Shown here: positions 15,314 through 25,415 of the stretch, in pieces
How the letters are laid out: each line of letters starts with the position of its first letter
How positions within the stretch are numbered: position 1 is the stretch's first letter
Assembly: GCA_043822305.1 (NCBI GenBank)
Contig: JBDRBU010000039.1
Span: forward strand, 1-52,313
Origin: Candidatus Firestoneibacteriota bacterium
GTDB taxonomy: Bacteria; Oederibacteriota; D2-FULL-39-29; JBDRBU01
Reading direction: 5' to 3'
DNA length: 52,313 nt
The notes under the pieces: generated by a model
Databases searched by the model: none
The model's input: only the letters and a program-made list of their open reading frames with translations
Told to the model about the DNA's origin: nothing
Made by a program: the position numbers and the translations under genes

Positions 15314-16570
15314 TGATTTCTTCTTTATCCAATAATTCCTATCGGACTTAGTTGTATCGTATAAATATCCCAACAATTCTTCCTCTCCCTTTGACATTTC
15401 TTTTTTTCTTCTCGACATAGACATCTTCGCGGTATCTAACATGCTTTTTAACCCATAACCTTTAAAAAACCTATTATTAAAAAACCAGGTAAAAGACGGA
15501 ATGTATTTTGGAAGAACACCTCCACTACCAACTAAATTACACATAATTCCGGTTATGGTTCCTGTGTTAAAATATGTTCCTATACTTGTTTTAGTATGGT
15601 CTCCAATAAAACAACCTACTTTTGTATCCTTAGAATCCATTAATTCTCCTTTCATATACAAAGAAACAGTAGTGTAATCATTTTTTAAATCACTATTAGT
15701 CGTTAAAGCACCTAGGTTTACCCATTCACCTATATAAGCATGTCCTAAAAATCCATCATGATATTTATTTGAATACCCGTGTATAATACTATCCTCAACT
15801 TCTCCACCTACCCGACAAACCGGGCCAAGAGCTGTCCCTGTTCTTATATTTGCTCCAAAAATCTGCGTTCCTTTGCCAATCGCCGTAGGGCCCTCTATTC
15901 TTGAATTCGGAAAAATAATTACATCTTCATCAATAATTATAGATCCACCATTAGTATCTAATGTTACAAAAGGCTGAATTTCTGCATTTTTGGCTATATA
16001 AACTTTATTTTTATCACCATAAATAACAGATTGTGGAGCAAATTTACCTTCAATGACTCCGCCTTTATTTATAAATTTAAAATCATCTTCAATCGCTCTT
16101 GGATTTTCATGGACTAAATTCCAAGGATATTCAATTAAATATGCCTCTACTTTTACATTTTTAATATTTATTTTAATCTGACTAAGTAACTGTTCAAAAT
16201 TTGCACCACCATATTTTGCAATATTTTGTTTGTTTACTCTAGCGTAAACAAGATCATCACCTGAGACACCAACCTCTTCTGTGCCATTTAATTCAAGTTT
16301 TGCATCAATAAACAGCCATCTTCCGTTTATAAACAAACAATCATCTTGTTTCAAAACATCTAAATTGTTAACATTAGATGCTCCTAACTTTTCTTTCATA
16401 TATGCTTCCAGATAATCACGCACAAAATAAGTAACCTTGACATTTTTAAATTTTCTTATGATTTTTTCAGCAAGATTAGTCTGTCCACATTTCAAATGAA
16501 AAACTGGCCTTAGATATGAAATGGGATACAAATTATCGAATTTCTTATCTTCAAAAAAACATATTTGCAT
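15311..16570 (-). CDS. GlmU-related putative sugar nucleotidyltransferase with left-handed beta-helix domain
   Basis: LYPI..RP N-terminus, INGRW, YPWNL, GGEVEDS, SNKYHDGFLGHAYIGEWVNLGA, SDLKN. Confidence 0.85.
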   Translation of the reverse strand: MQICFFEDKKFDNLYPISYLRPVFHLKCGQTNLAEKIIRKFKNVKVTYFVRDYLEAYMKEKLGASNVNNLDVLKQDDCLFINGRWLFIDAKLELNGTEEVGVSGDDLVYARVNKQNIAKYGGANFEQLLSQIKINIKNVKVEAYLIEYPWNLVHENPRAIEDDFKFINKGGVIEGKFAPQSVIYGDKNKVYIAKNAEIQPFVTLDTNGGSIIIDEDVIIFPNSRIEGPTAIGKGTQIFGANIRTGTALGPVCRVGGEVEDSIIHGYSNKYHDGFLGHAYIGEWVNLGALTTNSDLKNDYTTVSLYMKGELMDSKDTKVGCFIGDHTKTSIGTYFNTGTITGIMCNLVGSGGVLPKYIPSFTWFFNNRFFKGYGLKSMLDTAKMSMSRRKKEMSKGEEELLGYLYDTTKSDRNYWIKKKS

Positions 16571-16581
16571 TTTTTACCTCC

Positions 16582-17781
16582 TTATTTTTTTCTACTTACC
16601 ATTTCAAAAGTATCAACAGCAATCCTTACTTCTTCATCAGTCGGAATCACAAAAACTTTTACTTTTGAATCATCAGTACTTATAATTTTTTCCTTTTCTT
16701 TGCTTTCGTTTCTATTTTTATCAATTTTAATACCCCAAAATTCCATATGGCCACAAATCTGTGCTCTTAAATCTACTGCATTTTCTCCTATGCCACCGGT
16801 AAAAACTATGGCATCAACTTTATTTAAAACAACCATATATGAACCAATATATTTTTTTATACGGTAACAAAACATATCCAGCGACAATTTCGCTCTTTCG
16901 TTCCCCTGTTTAGCAGCATTTTCTATGTTTCTTACATCATTACTTACTCCAGAGACACCAAGCAAGCCGCTTTTCTTGTTTAAAATATTGTTAATCTCAT
17001 TAATTTTTATCCCTGCTTTTTCTTCAAGGAAAAATATTATAGCTGGGTCAATATCTCCAGACCTTGTCCCCATGATTATCCCTTCAAGCGGAGTTAACCC
17101 CATGCTGGTATCAACAGATTTGCCTTTTTCAACTGCAGAAATACTACACCCATTTCCAAGATGACATGTAATAGCATTAATGCCGTATTTATCTTTCTTC
17201 ATAAGTTCAGCCGCTCTTCTGGCTATATATCTATGGGATGTTCCATGAAAACCGTACTTTCTTATCTTATGCTTTTCATAAAACTCATATGGAATAGCAT
17301 ATAAATATGCTGTCTTTGGTATGGTTTGATGGAACGAGGTATCAAAAGAAGCTACCTGTGTAACTCTTGGGAGCAATTCTCTAGCCGCTTTTATACCAGC
17401 TAAATTTGGTGGATTATGTAAAGGCGCCAAGTAAATAAACTCCTGGATAGCCTTTACCACTTCATCCGTAATGATGACGGAATCTGTAAACGCTTCTCCA
17501 CCATGCACCACGCGGTGCCCTACTGCAGAAATTTCAGAAACATTTTTAATAACACCTATGTTTTCATCAACTAATAAATCTATGATTAATTTTAAGCCTT
17601 TTTCGTGATTATTGATTTGCTCTTCTTTTTCGGATTTTTTTCCTCCAGCATCATGATTTATTTTTGAAGACTTCTCCCCTATCTTTTCAACCAAACCTTT
17701 GGCAATAATTCTTTCACCAGGCATTTCAAATAATTTATATTTTATTGAAGAACTACCGCTATTTAAAATTAAGATTTTCAT
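16582..17781 (-). CDS. ackA: Acetate kinase
   Basis: NSGSSSIK, GHRVVHGG, APLHNP, YGFHGTSH, HLGNG, FTGGIGEN, PTDEE. Confidence 0.97.
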   Translation of the reverse strand: MKILILNSGSSSIKYKLFEMPGERIIAKGLVEKIGEKSSKINHDAGGKKSEKEEQINNHEKGLKLIIDLLVDENIGVIKNVSEISAVGHRVVHGGEAFTDSVIITDEVVKAIQEFIYLAPLHNPPNLAGIKAARELLPRVTQVASFDTSFHQTIPKTAYLYAIPYEFYEKHKIRKYGFHGTSHRYIARRAAELMKKDKYGINAITCHLGNGCSISAVEKGKSVDTSMGLTPLEGIIMGTRSGDIDPAIIFFLEEKAGIKINEINNILNKKSGLLGVSGVSNDVRNIENAAKQGNERAKLSLDMFCYRIKKYIGSYMVVLNKVDAIVFTGGIGENAVDLRAQICGHMEFWGIKIDKNRNESKEKEKIISTDDSKVKVFVIPTDEEVRIAVDTFEMVSRKK

Positions 17782-18780
17782 TCATCCCCTCTGCTGGGCC
17801 TTAACAGCCATTATGGCCGCCACTCCTACTATATCTTTTACACTGGCACCACGAGAAAGGTCGCTCACTGGTTTGGCAAATCCTTGAAGTATCGGGCCAT
17901 ATGCTTTTGCATTAGCCAGATACTGAGTTAGTTTATAAGCAATGTTGCCTGCTTCTAAATCCGGAAATATCAATACATTTGCTTTTCCAGCAACATCACT
18001 TTTACTTTTAATTTTTTTCTCTGCTACTTTTGGAACCAAAGCTGCATCTGCTTGAAATTCTCCATCTATCATTAAATTAGGAAATTTTTCTTTAACTATA
18101 TTTAAGGCTTGAACTACTTTATCTATATTAGGATGCGAAGCGCTTCCTTTCGTAGAAAAAGAAAGCATAGCAATTCTAGGTTCTATCCCTAAAATTTCTT
18201 TCGTGCTTAAACCTGAAGCAAGAGCAATATCCGCTAATTGCCTGGGGGTAGGATCTATGTTTACGGCACAATCAGCAAAAACAAATATTTTATCTTTTTC
18301 ACCTAAAAATTCTGGCACAACCATTATAAAAAAACTTGATGGGGTTGAAATCCCCTGCTGAAAACCTATGGCTAACGTAGTAACCTGTAATATTGTAGCC
18401 GTGGCCGTTGATGCTCCGGCAACCATACAATCGGCATCACCAGTTGAAACCATCATGGCTCCATAGAATAAACTCTTCTTAACAAGTCTTTTGGCTATAG
18501 CTTCTGTAACTTCTTTTCGTTTATTCATATAAGCAGATGTATATTTATCTATGACCGTAGAACTTGCAGGATTAATAATTGTAACTTCATCCAAGCTAAC
18601 ATTAATTTTTGCTGCTAAACTTTTAATAATCTCGGTTTCCCCTAAAATAATTGGCTGGCCGATTTTTTCTTTTGCTATTTCTACGGCGGCACCTAAAATT
18701 CTTTCATCTTCGCCTTCTGGCAGTACTATTTTCTTAACACTTTTTTTTGCCTGCTCTTTAAATTTCTCAATCAAATCCAT
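17782..18780 (-). CDS. pta: Phosphate acetyltransferase
   Basis: [40 protein letters not shown] at 18780 behind GGAG. Confidence 0.96.
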   Translation of the reverse strand: MDLIEKFKEQAKKSVKKIVLPEGEDERILGAAVEIAKEKIGQPIILGETEIIKSLAAKINVSLDEVTIINPASSTVIDKYTSAYMNKRKEVTEAIAKRLVKKSLFYGAMMVSTGDADCMVAGASTATATILQVTTLAIGFQQGISTPSSFFIMVVPEFLGEKDKIFVFADCAVNIDPTPRQLADIALASGLSTKEILGIEPRIAMLSFSTKGSASHPNIDKVVQALNIVKEKFPNLMIDGEFQADAALVPKVAEKKIKSKSDVAGKANVLIFPDLEAGNIAYKLTQYLANAKAYGPILQGFAKPVSDLSRGASVKDIVGVAAIMAVKAQQRG

Positions 18781-18802
18781 AGCCAACTCCTTAAAAATCT
18801 GC

Positions 18803-19573
18803 TTATTTCTTTGGAATATATTTAAATCTTTCTGTTGAATATTTCCTTTTTAACAACGAAGATGCTTCCTGATCAAGTATAAAAATAGTATCTTGATGCA
18901 TTTGTAAGAAACTTGCAGGAACCATAGCGGTTATAGGACCTTCTACTGATTTTGCAACTGCTTCTGCTTTATTCTTGCCATTGGCTAAAAGTATAATTTT
19001 TTTTGCTTCAAGTATAGTGCCTATTCCCATTGAAACGGCATACCGAGGGACATCTTCTTTTTTTGCAAAGAATCTTGCATTATCATCTATAGTTCTTTCA
19101 TCCAATGCTATTATTCTTGTCCTTGAGCTTGAGGAAGAACCTGGTTCATTAAATGCAATATGACCATTACTACCTATGCCTAATACTTGAATATCAACAC
19201 CACCACATTTTATAATTTTTTCTTCATATAGTTTGCATGCCTCAGGGATATCCTCTGCTATTCCATTAGGTACATTTGTATTTTCTTTTTTAATATTTAT
19301 ATGTTTAAATAAATTCTCCCACATAAAATAGTGATAACTTTGACTATGACTTTCCTCCACTCCAACATATTCATCTAAATTAAAACTCCTTACATTTGAA
19401 AAATCCATCTTGCCTTCCTTGTTCATCCTTATAAGTTCTTTATACATCTTTACCGGCGTACTTCCTGTTGCCAGCCCTAAAACAGGGCTTTTCTTACCAT
19501 TAAGAACCTCTGCTACAATTTCTGCACCTAACTTGCTCATCTCTTCTACATTTTCTTTTACTATAACTTCCAT
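18803..19573 (-). CDS. nagB: Glucosamine-6-phosphate deaminase
   Basis: [28 protein letters not shown]. Confidence 0.96.
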   Translation of the reverse strand: MEVIVKENVEEMSKLGAEIVAEVLNGKKSPVLGLATGSTPVKMYKELIRMNKEGKMDFSNVRSFNLDEYVGVEESHSQSYHYFMWENLFKHINIKKENTNVPNGIAEDIPEACKLYEEKIIKCGGVDIQVLGIGSNGHIAFNEPGSSSSSRTRIIALDERTIDDNARFFAKKEDVPRYAVSMGIGTILEAKKIILLANGKNKAEAVAKSVEGPITAMVPASFLQMHQDTIFILDQEASSLLKRKYSTERFKYIPKK

Positions 19574-19603
19574 AAAATTTTCTCCTTCCTTATAATTTAA
19601 AAT

Positions 19604-19627
19604 CCCCAGTAAGTTCCCTTACTGGGG
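19604..19627 (-). terminator. Hairpin between csp copy 2 and nagB
   Basis: CCCCAGTAAG/CTTACTGGGG 10-bp stem followed by ATTTT on the minus strand. Confidence 0.65.
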
Positions 19628-19653
19628 TAGAATAATTGTTAAGATCTAATTAA

Positions 19654-19857
19654 TCAGATTCTAACAACATTTATGGCTTGTGGACCTTTAGCCCCTTGCG
19701 TAACTTCAAATTTAACAGCTTGCTCGGCAGCTAAAGTTTTAAACCCATCGCCTTGAATAGCAGAGAAATGCACAAATACATCTCCACCACCATCCTGTTC
19801 AATAAAACCATAACCTTTGGCTTCATTAAACCACTTCACTTTGCCTTGCTTTTCCAT
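19654..19857 (-). CDS. cspA: Cold-shock protein (copy 2)
   Basis: 64/67 residues identical to copy 1; RNP1/RNP2. Confidence 0.95.
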   Translation of the reverse strand: MEKQGKVKWFNEAKGYGFIEQDGGGDVFVHFSAIQGDGFKTLAAEQAVKFEVTQGAKGPQAINVVRI

Positions 19858-19898
19858 AACTTCTTTCCCCTCCTTTCTAACGCGATTTATTTATTACA

Positions 19899-19927
19899 AT
19901 AATAACAGTTTGGGCTATTATTGTCAA
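19899..19927 (-). promoter_or_regulatory. Promoter of csp copy 2
   Basis: TTGACA-17 bp-TATTAT with extended TG. Confidence 0.65.
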
Positions 19928-19947
19928 TTTTTATTTTACCTTTTGCC

Positions 19948-20952
19948 CTACCTTATGAAAAATATTTTTGGGTCAATTAACTTGCTATTTTTCCAGACAG
20001 CAAAATGAAGATGGCATCCAGTGGAACGACCGGTACTTCCGGCTAACGCAATAATTTTTCCTTTTTTTACCTTCTGACCGCTTTTCACAAGTAATTTTGA
20101 ATTATGTCCATACAGTGTGACATATCCATTACTATGTTTAATTTTTACTGCATTACCTAATCCCCCATTTTCTCCTGCAAAAGTAATAATTCCATCTGCA
20201 ACTGCACAAATTTTTTCACCATATGCAACTTTTATATCAAGTCCATCGTGATGTGACCTTTCATGAGTAAAAGGGTCCTGACGATAACCCATATATGATG
20301 AATAATTGTTTTTGCCATTTAAAATTGGGTAAGCAAATATTCGTGTTAAAGCAAACTGCTCTCTTATCTCGTCAGACATATTTATTGGTTCAACATCCGG
20401 AATAAATAAATATTTATTTTCTATGATTTGATTTTCTATATTATTATTCTGCCAGACTATTTCTTTATCTATTTTATATAAATCTGCTATAGATTCTACT
20501 GTTTCCCGGGGTTTAACTTTATGCAAAACACCTTTTTTACTTATAACTATTATTTCCTCATTAAGATATGCTTCTAAAGTCCTTAAAAACGGATTTGCTC
20601 CGACAATTGTATCTAGACTTATTTCGTATCTCTTGGCCACATGTTTCCATAAATTATTTCCCATTTTTATTTTATATTTAAAAACTCCCAAATGTTTTGC
20701 TAATAAATTCGCTCTAACATTTTCATAATAAGCATTTAGGTTTCTTGTCCATCCTTTTTCAAATATTTCATTCGTTTTTTTTTCAAGTTCTTCCTGTGAA
20801 TAACTAATTTTTGGTGGAGGAATTTTTATATTTTCTTCTTTCAATAATCCTTTTAAAAGTATTGTTATTAAAAACAATGTTAAAAGTATAAAACTTATTC
20901 CATAAAAAACGATATAATTATTATTTATTGTTTCTCTTATCGGTTTTTTCAT
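19948..20952 (-). CDS. LysM + M23 peptidoglycan metallopeptidase
   Basis: N-terminal TM, two LysM-like repeats, HDGLD, YGH, GRSTGCHLHF. Confidence 0.9.
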   Translation of the reverse strand: MKKPIRETINNNYIVFYGISFILLTLFLITILLKGLLKEENIKIPPPKISYSQEELEKKTNEIFEKGWTRNLNAYYENVRANLLAKHLGVFKYKIKMGNNLWKHVAKRYEISLDTIVGANPFLRTLEAYLNEEIIVISKKGVLHKVKPRETVESIADLYKIDKEIVWQNNNIENQIIENKYLFIPDVEPINMSDEIREQFALTRIFAYPILNGKNNYSSYMGYRQDPFTHERSHHDGLDIKVAYGEKICAVADGIITFAGENGGLGNAVKIKHSNGYVTLYGHNSKLLVKSGQKVKKGKIIALAGSTGRSTGCHLHFAVWKNSKLIDPKIFFIR

Positions 20953-22270
20953 GTTTTAAAACAACAATGGATGGCTTCCCGCTTAGATATTTATTAGCCA
21001 CTTTCTTCACATCATCTAAATTAACTTTCTTAATATTATCTAAATAAAAAAGTTCTAATTTATAACTTGAAATTGCTTCATAGTAACCCAAACTATTTCC
21101 AATAGATTCATTCGTTTCATGTTCAAATATGTAATTATTCTCTATAATTGCTTTTGCCTTATTCAACTCATTTAAGGAAACTCCTTCTTTTGTTTTATTT
21201 ATTTCTTCCATAATTTTATCTTCTAAAATAATTTCATTCTTCTCCTCAAGTGTAGCGCGAATATTAAATAATCCTTCATCTTTCATAGTTGAATAACTAC
21301 TTCCTATCGAATAACAAATCTGCAGTTTTTCTTTTAAGTGGCTATATAGTCTTGAACTCCTTCCCTGCCCGATTATTACTGTTAATACATCCATGGTATA
21401 CGTATCTTCATTATCTACATTTGGAGCAAGCCAGCTAACGGCAAGGTAACATTTCTTGAAATTTGTTTCTTTTTCTACTTTTAAACTATTGAATTCGGGT
21501 TTTATATTTGCACTTGGCAAATGAGTTTCTGTATTATCTTTTGGAAAATATTTCTTTATCTTCTTTACAATTTCTTCTGTATTAAAATCTCCTGTAATGA
21601 CTATGATCATATTCTCTGGCACATAAAATTTATTATAATAGGCAACTATATCTTCCCTGCTTAAATTTTCTATTATTTCCTTTTTACCAATTACTGGCAT
21701 TTTATATGCGTGGTTAATATAAGAGATGCTATTTGAAAGATTAAATAAAGTTGAAAACGGTTCATCTTCTTGCCTTAATATTTCTTCAACCACTACTTTT
21801 CTTTCTTTCTCTATTTCATCCTTATCAAAGGCTGGATTTAGGACACTATCAATCAGACCATCTATGGCCAGATCAATAAAATCTTTTGCTATTGTAGCAT
21901 AATAAAAGGTATAATCCTTTGAAGTTGCACCATTTAATTTTCCACCAACACTTTCTATCTCTTGACTAAGTTGACTTACTCCCCTTTTTTTAGTTCCTTT
22001 AAATATCAAATGCTCTATGAAATGCGATAGGCCGTTATTTTTTTCATCCTCATTTCTACTACCCACTTTAAACCAGATTTGTAGGCTAACTATATTATTT
22101 GGAATTTCTCTTGTAATTATAGATAACCCATTGGCTAAGGTCGTTTTTTTTACAATTTCTTCTTTCTCAGAAATACATTTCTTTTCAATAACAGTAGCAC
22201 AATTAGAAAGCAGGATAATAGCACTAAAAATTAACAACCAACCACTGTATTTAAATATAATTTTTTTCAT
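20921..22270 (-). CDS. M16 (pitrilysin) zinc protease, probable lipoprotein
   Basis: HFIEH (HxxEH), GSRNE, SSRLY; LLSNC lipobox-like signal. Confidence 0.9.
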   Translation of the reverse strand: MKKIIFKYSGWLLIFSAIILLSNCATVIEKKCISEKEEIVKKTTLANGLSIITREIPNNIVSLQIWFKVGSRNEDEKNNGLSHFIEHLIFKGTKKRGVSQLSQEIESVGGKLNGATSKDYTFYYATIAKDFIDLAIDGLIDSVLNPAFDKDEIEKERKVVVEEILRQEDEPFSTLFNLSNSISYINHAYKMPVIGKKEIIENLSREDIVAYYNKFYVPENMIIVITGDFNTEEIVKKIKKYFPKDNTETHLPSANIKPEFNSLKVEKETNFKKCYLAVSWLAPNVDNEDTYTMDVLTVIIGQGRSSRLYSHLKEKLQICYSIGSSYSTMKDEGLFNIRATLEEKNEIILEDKIMEEINKTKEGVSLNELNKAKAIIENNYIFEHETNESIGNSLGYYEAISSYKLELFYLDNIKKVNLDDVKKVANKYLSGKPSIVVLKHEKTDKRNNK

Positions 22271-22517
22271 ATTATTTTCCTTTATAATCTAAATTCCTAA
22301 ACTGATTATAACTATGATAACAAATTTACAATATCGATGTCAAAAGATTTATAACTTTTTTTTCAAAAGAGCAGATAAATAAATAATCTTATCCTCCCAT
22401 TTTTCCTACTTCAGCGGAACTTAGGATAGATAAAAGCAGTAAAATTTATCAACAATTTAGTTTTTTTTAGAGCCGACTTCTAGCACAGGCTCTTAAACAT
22501 GATTGTTACTGGCAAAA

Positions 22518-23267
22518 GATTCAATCCACGCCCCCGCACGGGGGGCGACAAAAAACTTTCCTCATCTTTTACTCTTGGGAAGTTTCAATCCACGCCCCCG
22601 CACGGGGGGCGACCTAATAGTTTCAATTTGGGATTATCTTTGAAGTGTTTCAATCCACGCCCCCGCACGGGGGGCGACTCGTTGTCGGGGCAATCTTAAC
22701 CCAACGGCAATGTTTCAATCCACGCCCCCGCACGGGGGCGACCTTTTCTTTTTCCGTTTTGTTTTTCTTGTTTATCGTTTCAATCCACGCCCCCGCACGG
22801 GGGGCGACTGGATATAAATACTGGCCGGATATTGTTTATTACGTTTCAATCCACGCCCCCGCACGGGGGGCGACTACTAACTACTGGACCGTGTGCAATT
22901 ACAGGAGGGTTTCAATCCACGCCCCCGCACGGGGGGCGACGTCAATATGTGGATATGGTCAAAAATCCTAAAACGTTTCAATCCACGCCCCCGCACGGGG
23001 GGCGACTGGTTAACTATAAAAAAATTATAGGTTAACCGTTGTTTCAATCCACGCCCCCGCACGGGGGGCGACCGTCCTGTGTATGTTGTTCATATATCCA
23101 AATAGGTTTCAATCCACGCCCCCGCACGGGGGGCGACCTATTTCACCTATTCCTCTACATTTCATAGAAGTTTCAATCCACGCCCCCGCACGGGGGGCGA
23201 CTTAGTAGTTATGTATTCTCTCTTGATTGTGTATAGTTTCAATCCACGCCCCCGCACGGGGGGCGAC
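22518..23267 (-). CRISPR. Type I-C CRISPR array: 12 repeats, 11 spacers
   Basis: 32-bp repeat GTCGCCCCCCGTGCGGGGGCGTGGATTGAAAC; spacers 32-34 nt; degenerate trailer repeat at 22518; repeat at 22712 is one base short. Confidence 0.98.
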
Positions 23268-23443
23268 TGTTATTTATATAGATCTTATTTTTTCAGTAAG
23301 TATTTCAAAGATCTTGCGATGTTGACCTATTATTATGATTATTTGGTTCCTATTTCTTCTATATCTTTTGATAATTCTGCAATTCATTTCCATTTTTACA
23401 TTTGCGAACCTCATGGGGTTTTTACAATAGATTAACATTCGCA
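23268..23443 (-). promoter_or_regulatory. CRISPR leader
   Basis: AT-rich non-coding stretch between cas2 and the first repeat; TGCGAA/TTCGCA inverted motif near cas2. Confidence 0.75.
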
Positions 23444-23734
23444 TTATATTAATAACGGCTCATCCAAAGATATTGATTCTTTGGCTCCGACATGTTCAAC
23501 TCTCCTCTTCCAATTAGATCCAAGATAATAAAATCTTATAGAATCTTTTTCTGGATCAATTATATTGCAAAGTCCATTCTTAAGTCTTGCCCATTGCTCC
23601 GGGTCCACATCACATTCAAAAACAGATAACTGCACCCTTTGTCCAAAGTTTTTGCAAGTTTTTGCGACTCTTCTTAATCTTCTTCTTCCTTCGGCATCCA
23701 TAGTGTTTACATCATAAGTAATTACGACCAGCAT
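23444..23734 (-). CDS. cas2: Cas2
   Basis: ITYDV, RRLRRVAK.C..FGQRVQ.SVFEC, DSIRFY. Confidence 0.97.
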   Translation of the reverse strand: MLVVITYDVNTMDAEGRRRLRRVAKTCKNFGQRVQLSVFECDVDPEQWARLKNGLCNIIDPEKDSIRFYYLGSNWKRRVEHVGAKESISLDEPLLI

Positions 23735-23737
23735 TTA

Positions 23738-24769
23738 TTATCTCCAAACATAAGCAGGATATCCATCTATTTCCCCGCGTATGCACCTTGCGAACAATAA
23801 TGCCTGATAAAAAAAGATTAGACCAATAGGCATTTTCTCGTTTAAATATAAATGCGTAATCTCTTCTTGTTTTCTTTTTTGATATTCTATTATCAATTCT
23901 TTTCTTGTTTTATCTGTCATCAGTACTGCACCATTTTCCATTTTCTCAAAACCATTTCCTTTTACCTGTTCTCTGTTAATAAGGTTTAATGCAACTCTGT
24001 CTCCAAGAAAACTTCTAAACTCTTCCATTAAATCAAGTGCAAGCCCGGGTCGACCAGGTCTGTCCTTATGCAGAAAACCAACATATGGGTCAAGCCCAAC
24101 CGTCTCAAGAGCAGACCTGCAATCATGCATGATTAGAGTGTAAACAAATGACAACAAGCAGTTTACATTATCTAATGGAGGCCTTCTATTTCTCCCGTTA
24201 AAAACAAATTCATCTTTTTGGGAAATGATTGCTTCATTAAAAACAGAAAAATATGTTTTTGCTGCATCACCTTCAATCCCTCGTATTTCAGCTTCGCTCA
24301 TTTTGTTTTTAAGTCTTTTAATGCTTATACTTAACTCATTTATTGCCCTGCCTACTTTATCCGCGTTTATCTTATCGGAATGATCCCTTACGACCCTGGA
24401 TAATACGGTGCGGGAATTATTTATTTTTGCCATAAGTATTTCTGATGCAATTTTTGTGCAATATCCAGAATTATCAGCCAATCTGTATTGTTCCCTCCTC
24501 AACAAAACATTACCACAAACCTCTCCCCGGACACTGGCAAGAAATTTTCCATTATCATTCAAATATGTTATTGCTACAGATTTTTCCGAACAATAACCCA
24601 TAAGATGAGGCGTTATTATAGTATTTCCAAAGCAAACAATACTACTGACTGCCAATAAAGGAAATTGTACTTTTGTTTTATCTTGTTTTTCCACAACCAC
24701 CGTCTCGCCTTCTTTATGCAAATAGGAGCCAGGAGTCGTAATATATATAGTGTTAAGATATTTTCTCAT
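23738..24769 (-). CDS. cas1: Cas1 (type I-C)
   Basis: MRKYLNTIY start at 24769 overlapping the cas4 stop; GNVLLRR.QY, RGIEG, RRPP, LALDLMEEFR. Confidence 0.96.
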   Translation of the reverse strand: MRKYLNTIYITTPGSYLHKEGETVVVEKQDKTKVQFPLLAVSSIVCFGNTIITPHLMGYCSEKSVAITYLNDNGKFLASVRGEVCGNVLLRREQYRLADNSGYCTKIASEILMAKINNSRTVLSRVVRDHSDKINADKVGRAINELSISIKRLKNKMSEAEIRGIEGDAAKTYFSVFNEAIISQKDEFVFNGRNRRPPLDNVNCLLSFVYTLIMHDCRSALETVGLDPYVGFLHKDRPGRPGLALDLMEEFRSFLGDRVALNLINREQVKGNGFEKMENGAVLMTDKTRKELIIEYQKRKQEEITHLYLNEKMPIGLIFFYQALLFARCIRGEIDGYPAYVWR

Positions 24770-25398
24770 TCCATCATTTTCTGAAAGTATTTGTCTGCTG
24801 AAACAGCTTTTTGTAATTTTTTTGGCATACAGTAGTTTAAAAAAGAGCATCTGTCGCATTTATTCTCTTCGTATTCTGCTTTTGAAGTAAATCCTTTCTT
24901 AATAAACTCATGTAATTCTACCGCCAACCTTGTTGTTTCTTTTCTCAATTCATCACTAAAGAAAACCTCTTCACGTCGTCTTGTTCTCCCGTAGAATATA
25001 TATCCTTTTTCTATTTTACAATTCATCATTTCCTCAAGGCAGATTGCTTGGGCACAAAGTTGAATTCTATCACAATTATCAGTCTTTGTCTTACCTCTTT
25101 TGTATTCTATGGGTGTTACAAGATCCACCCCTTTATCATTTTTGCTGTATTCAATAACATCTGCCTTGCCGATAAGTCCAAGATCGTACGACCTTATCGG
25201 CACATCTGTTTCAATTTTCACATCTGAATCGTGTTTTGATTTTCCTTTATGAACATTTTCATGCATTATCCTCCCTTCCGCTGTAAAAACATTCTCAAAC
25301 CAAATACTTTCAATGTGAATGAATGCACACTGCCTTTTGCAGTATGAATAATGCTGTATTCCGGATAAAGCAAGTAGGTCTTCATCATCGTAAATCAC
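24766..25398 (-). CDS. cas4: Cas4
   Basis: SGIQH..YC.RQ, G..DV.E, EYKRG, QLCAQ, C-terminal CxxC..C. Confidence 0.96.
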   Translation of the reverse strand: MIYDDEDLLALSGIQHYSYCKRQCAFIHIESIWFENVFTAEGRIMHENVHKGKSKHDSDVKIETDVPIRSYDLGLIGKADVIEYSKNDKGVDLVTPIEYKRGKTKTDNCDRIQLCAQAICLEEMMNCKIEKGYIFYGRTRRREEVFFSDELRKETTRLAVELHEFIKKGFTSKAEYEENKCDRCSFLNYCMPKKLQKAVSADKYFQKMME

Positions 25399-25415
25399 AA
25401 TTATTTCCCATTATG

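Noticed and set aside
22550..23235. Self-targeting spacers
   Set aside because: No full match seen by eye; the 14-nt AAAAAATTATAGGT shared by the spacer at 23007 and ~37926 is low-complexity
22499..23435. ORFs with repeated FQSTPPHGGR / FNPRPRTGGD peptides
   Set aside because: Translations of the CRISPR repeats
25402..25415. TATTTCCCATTATG at the yhcG/cas4 junction resembling the repeat arm
   Set aside because: Only 11/14 identity, and it can be explained as the cas4 RBS
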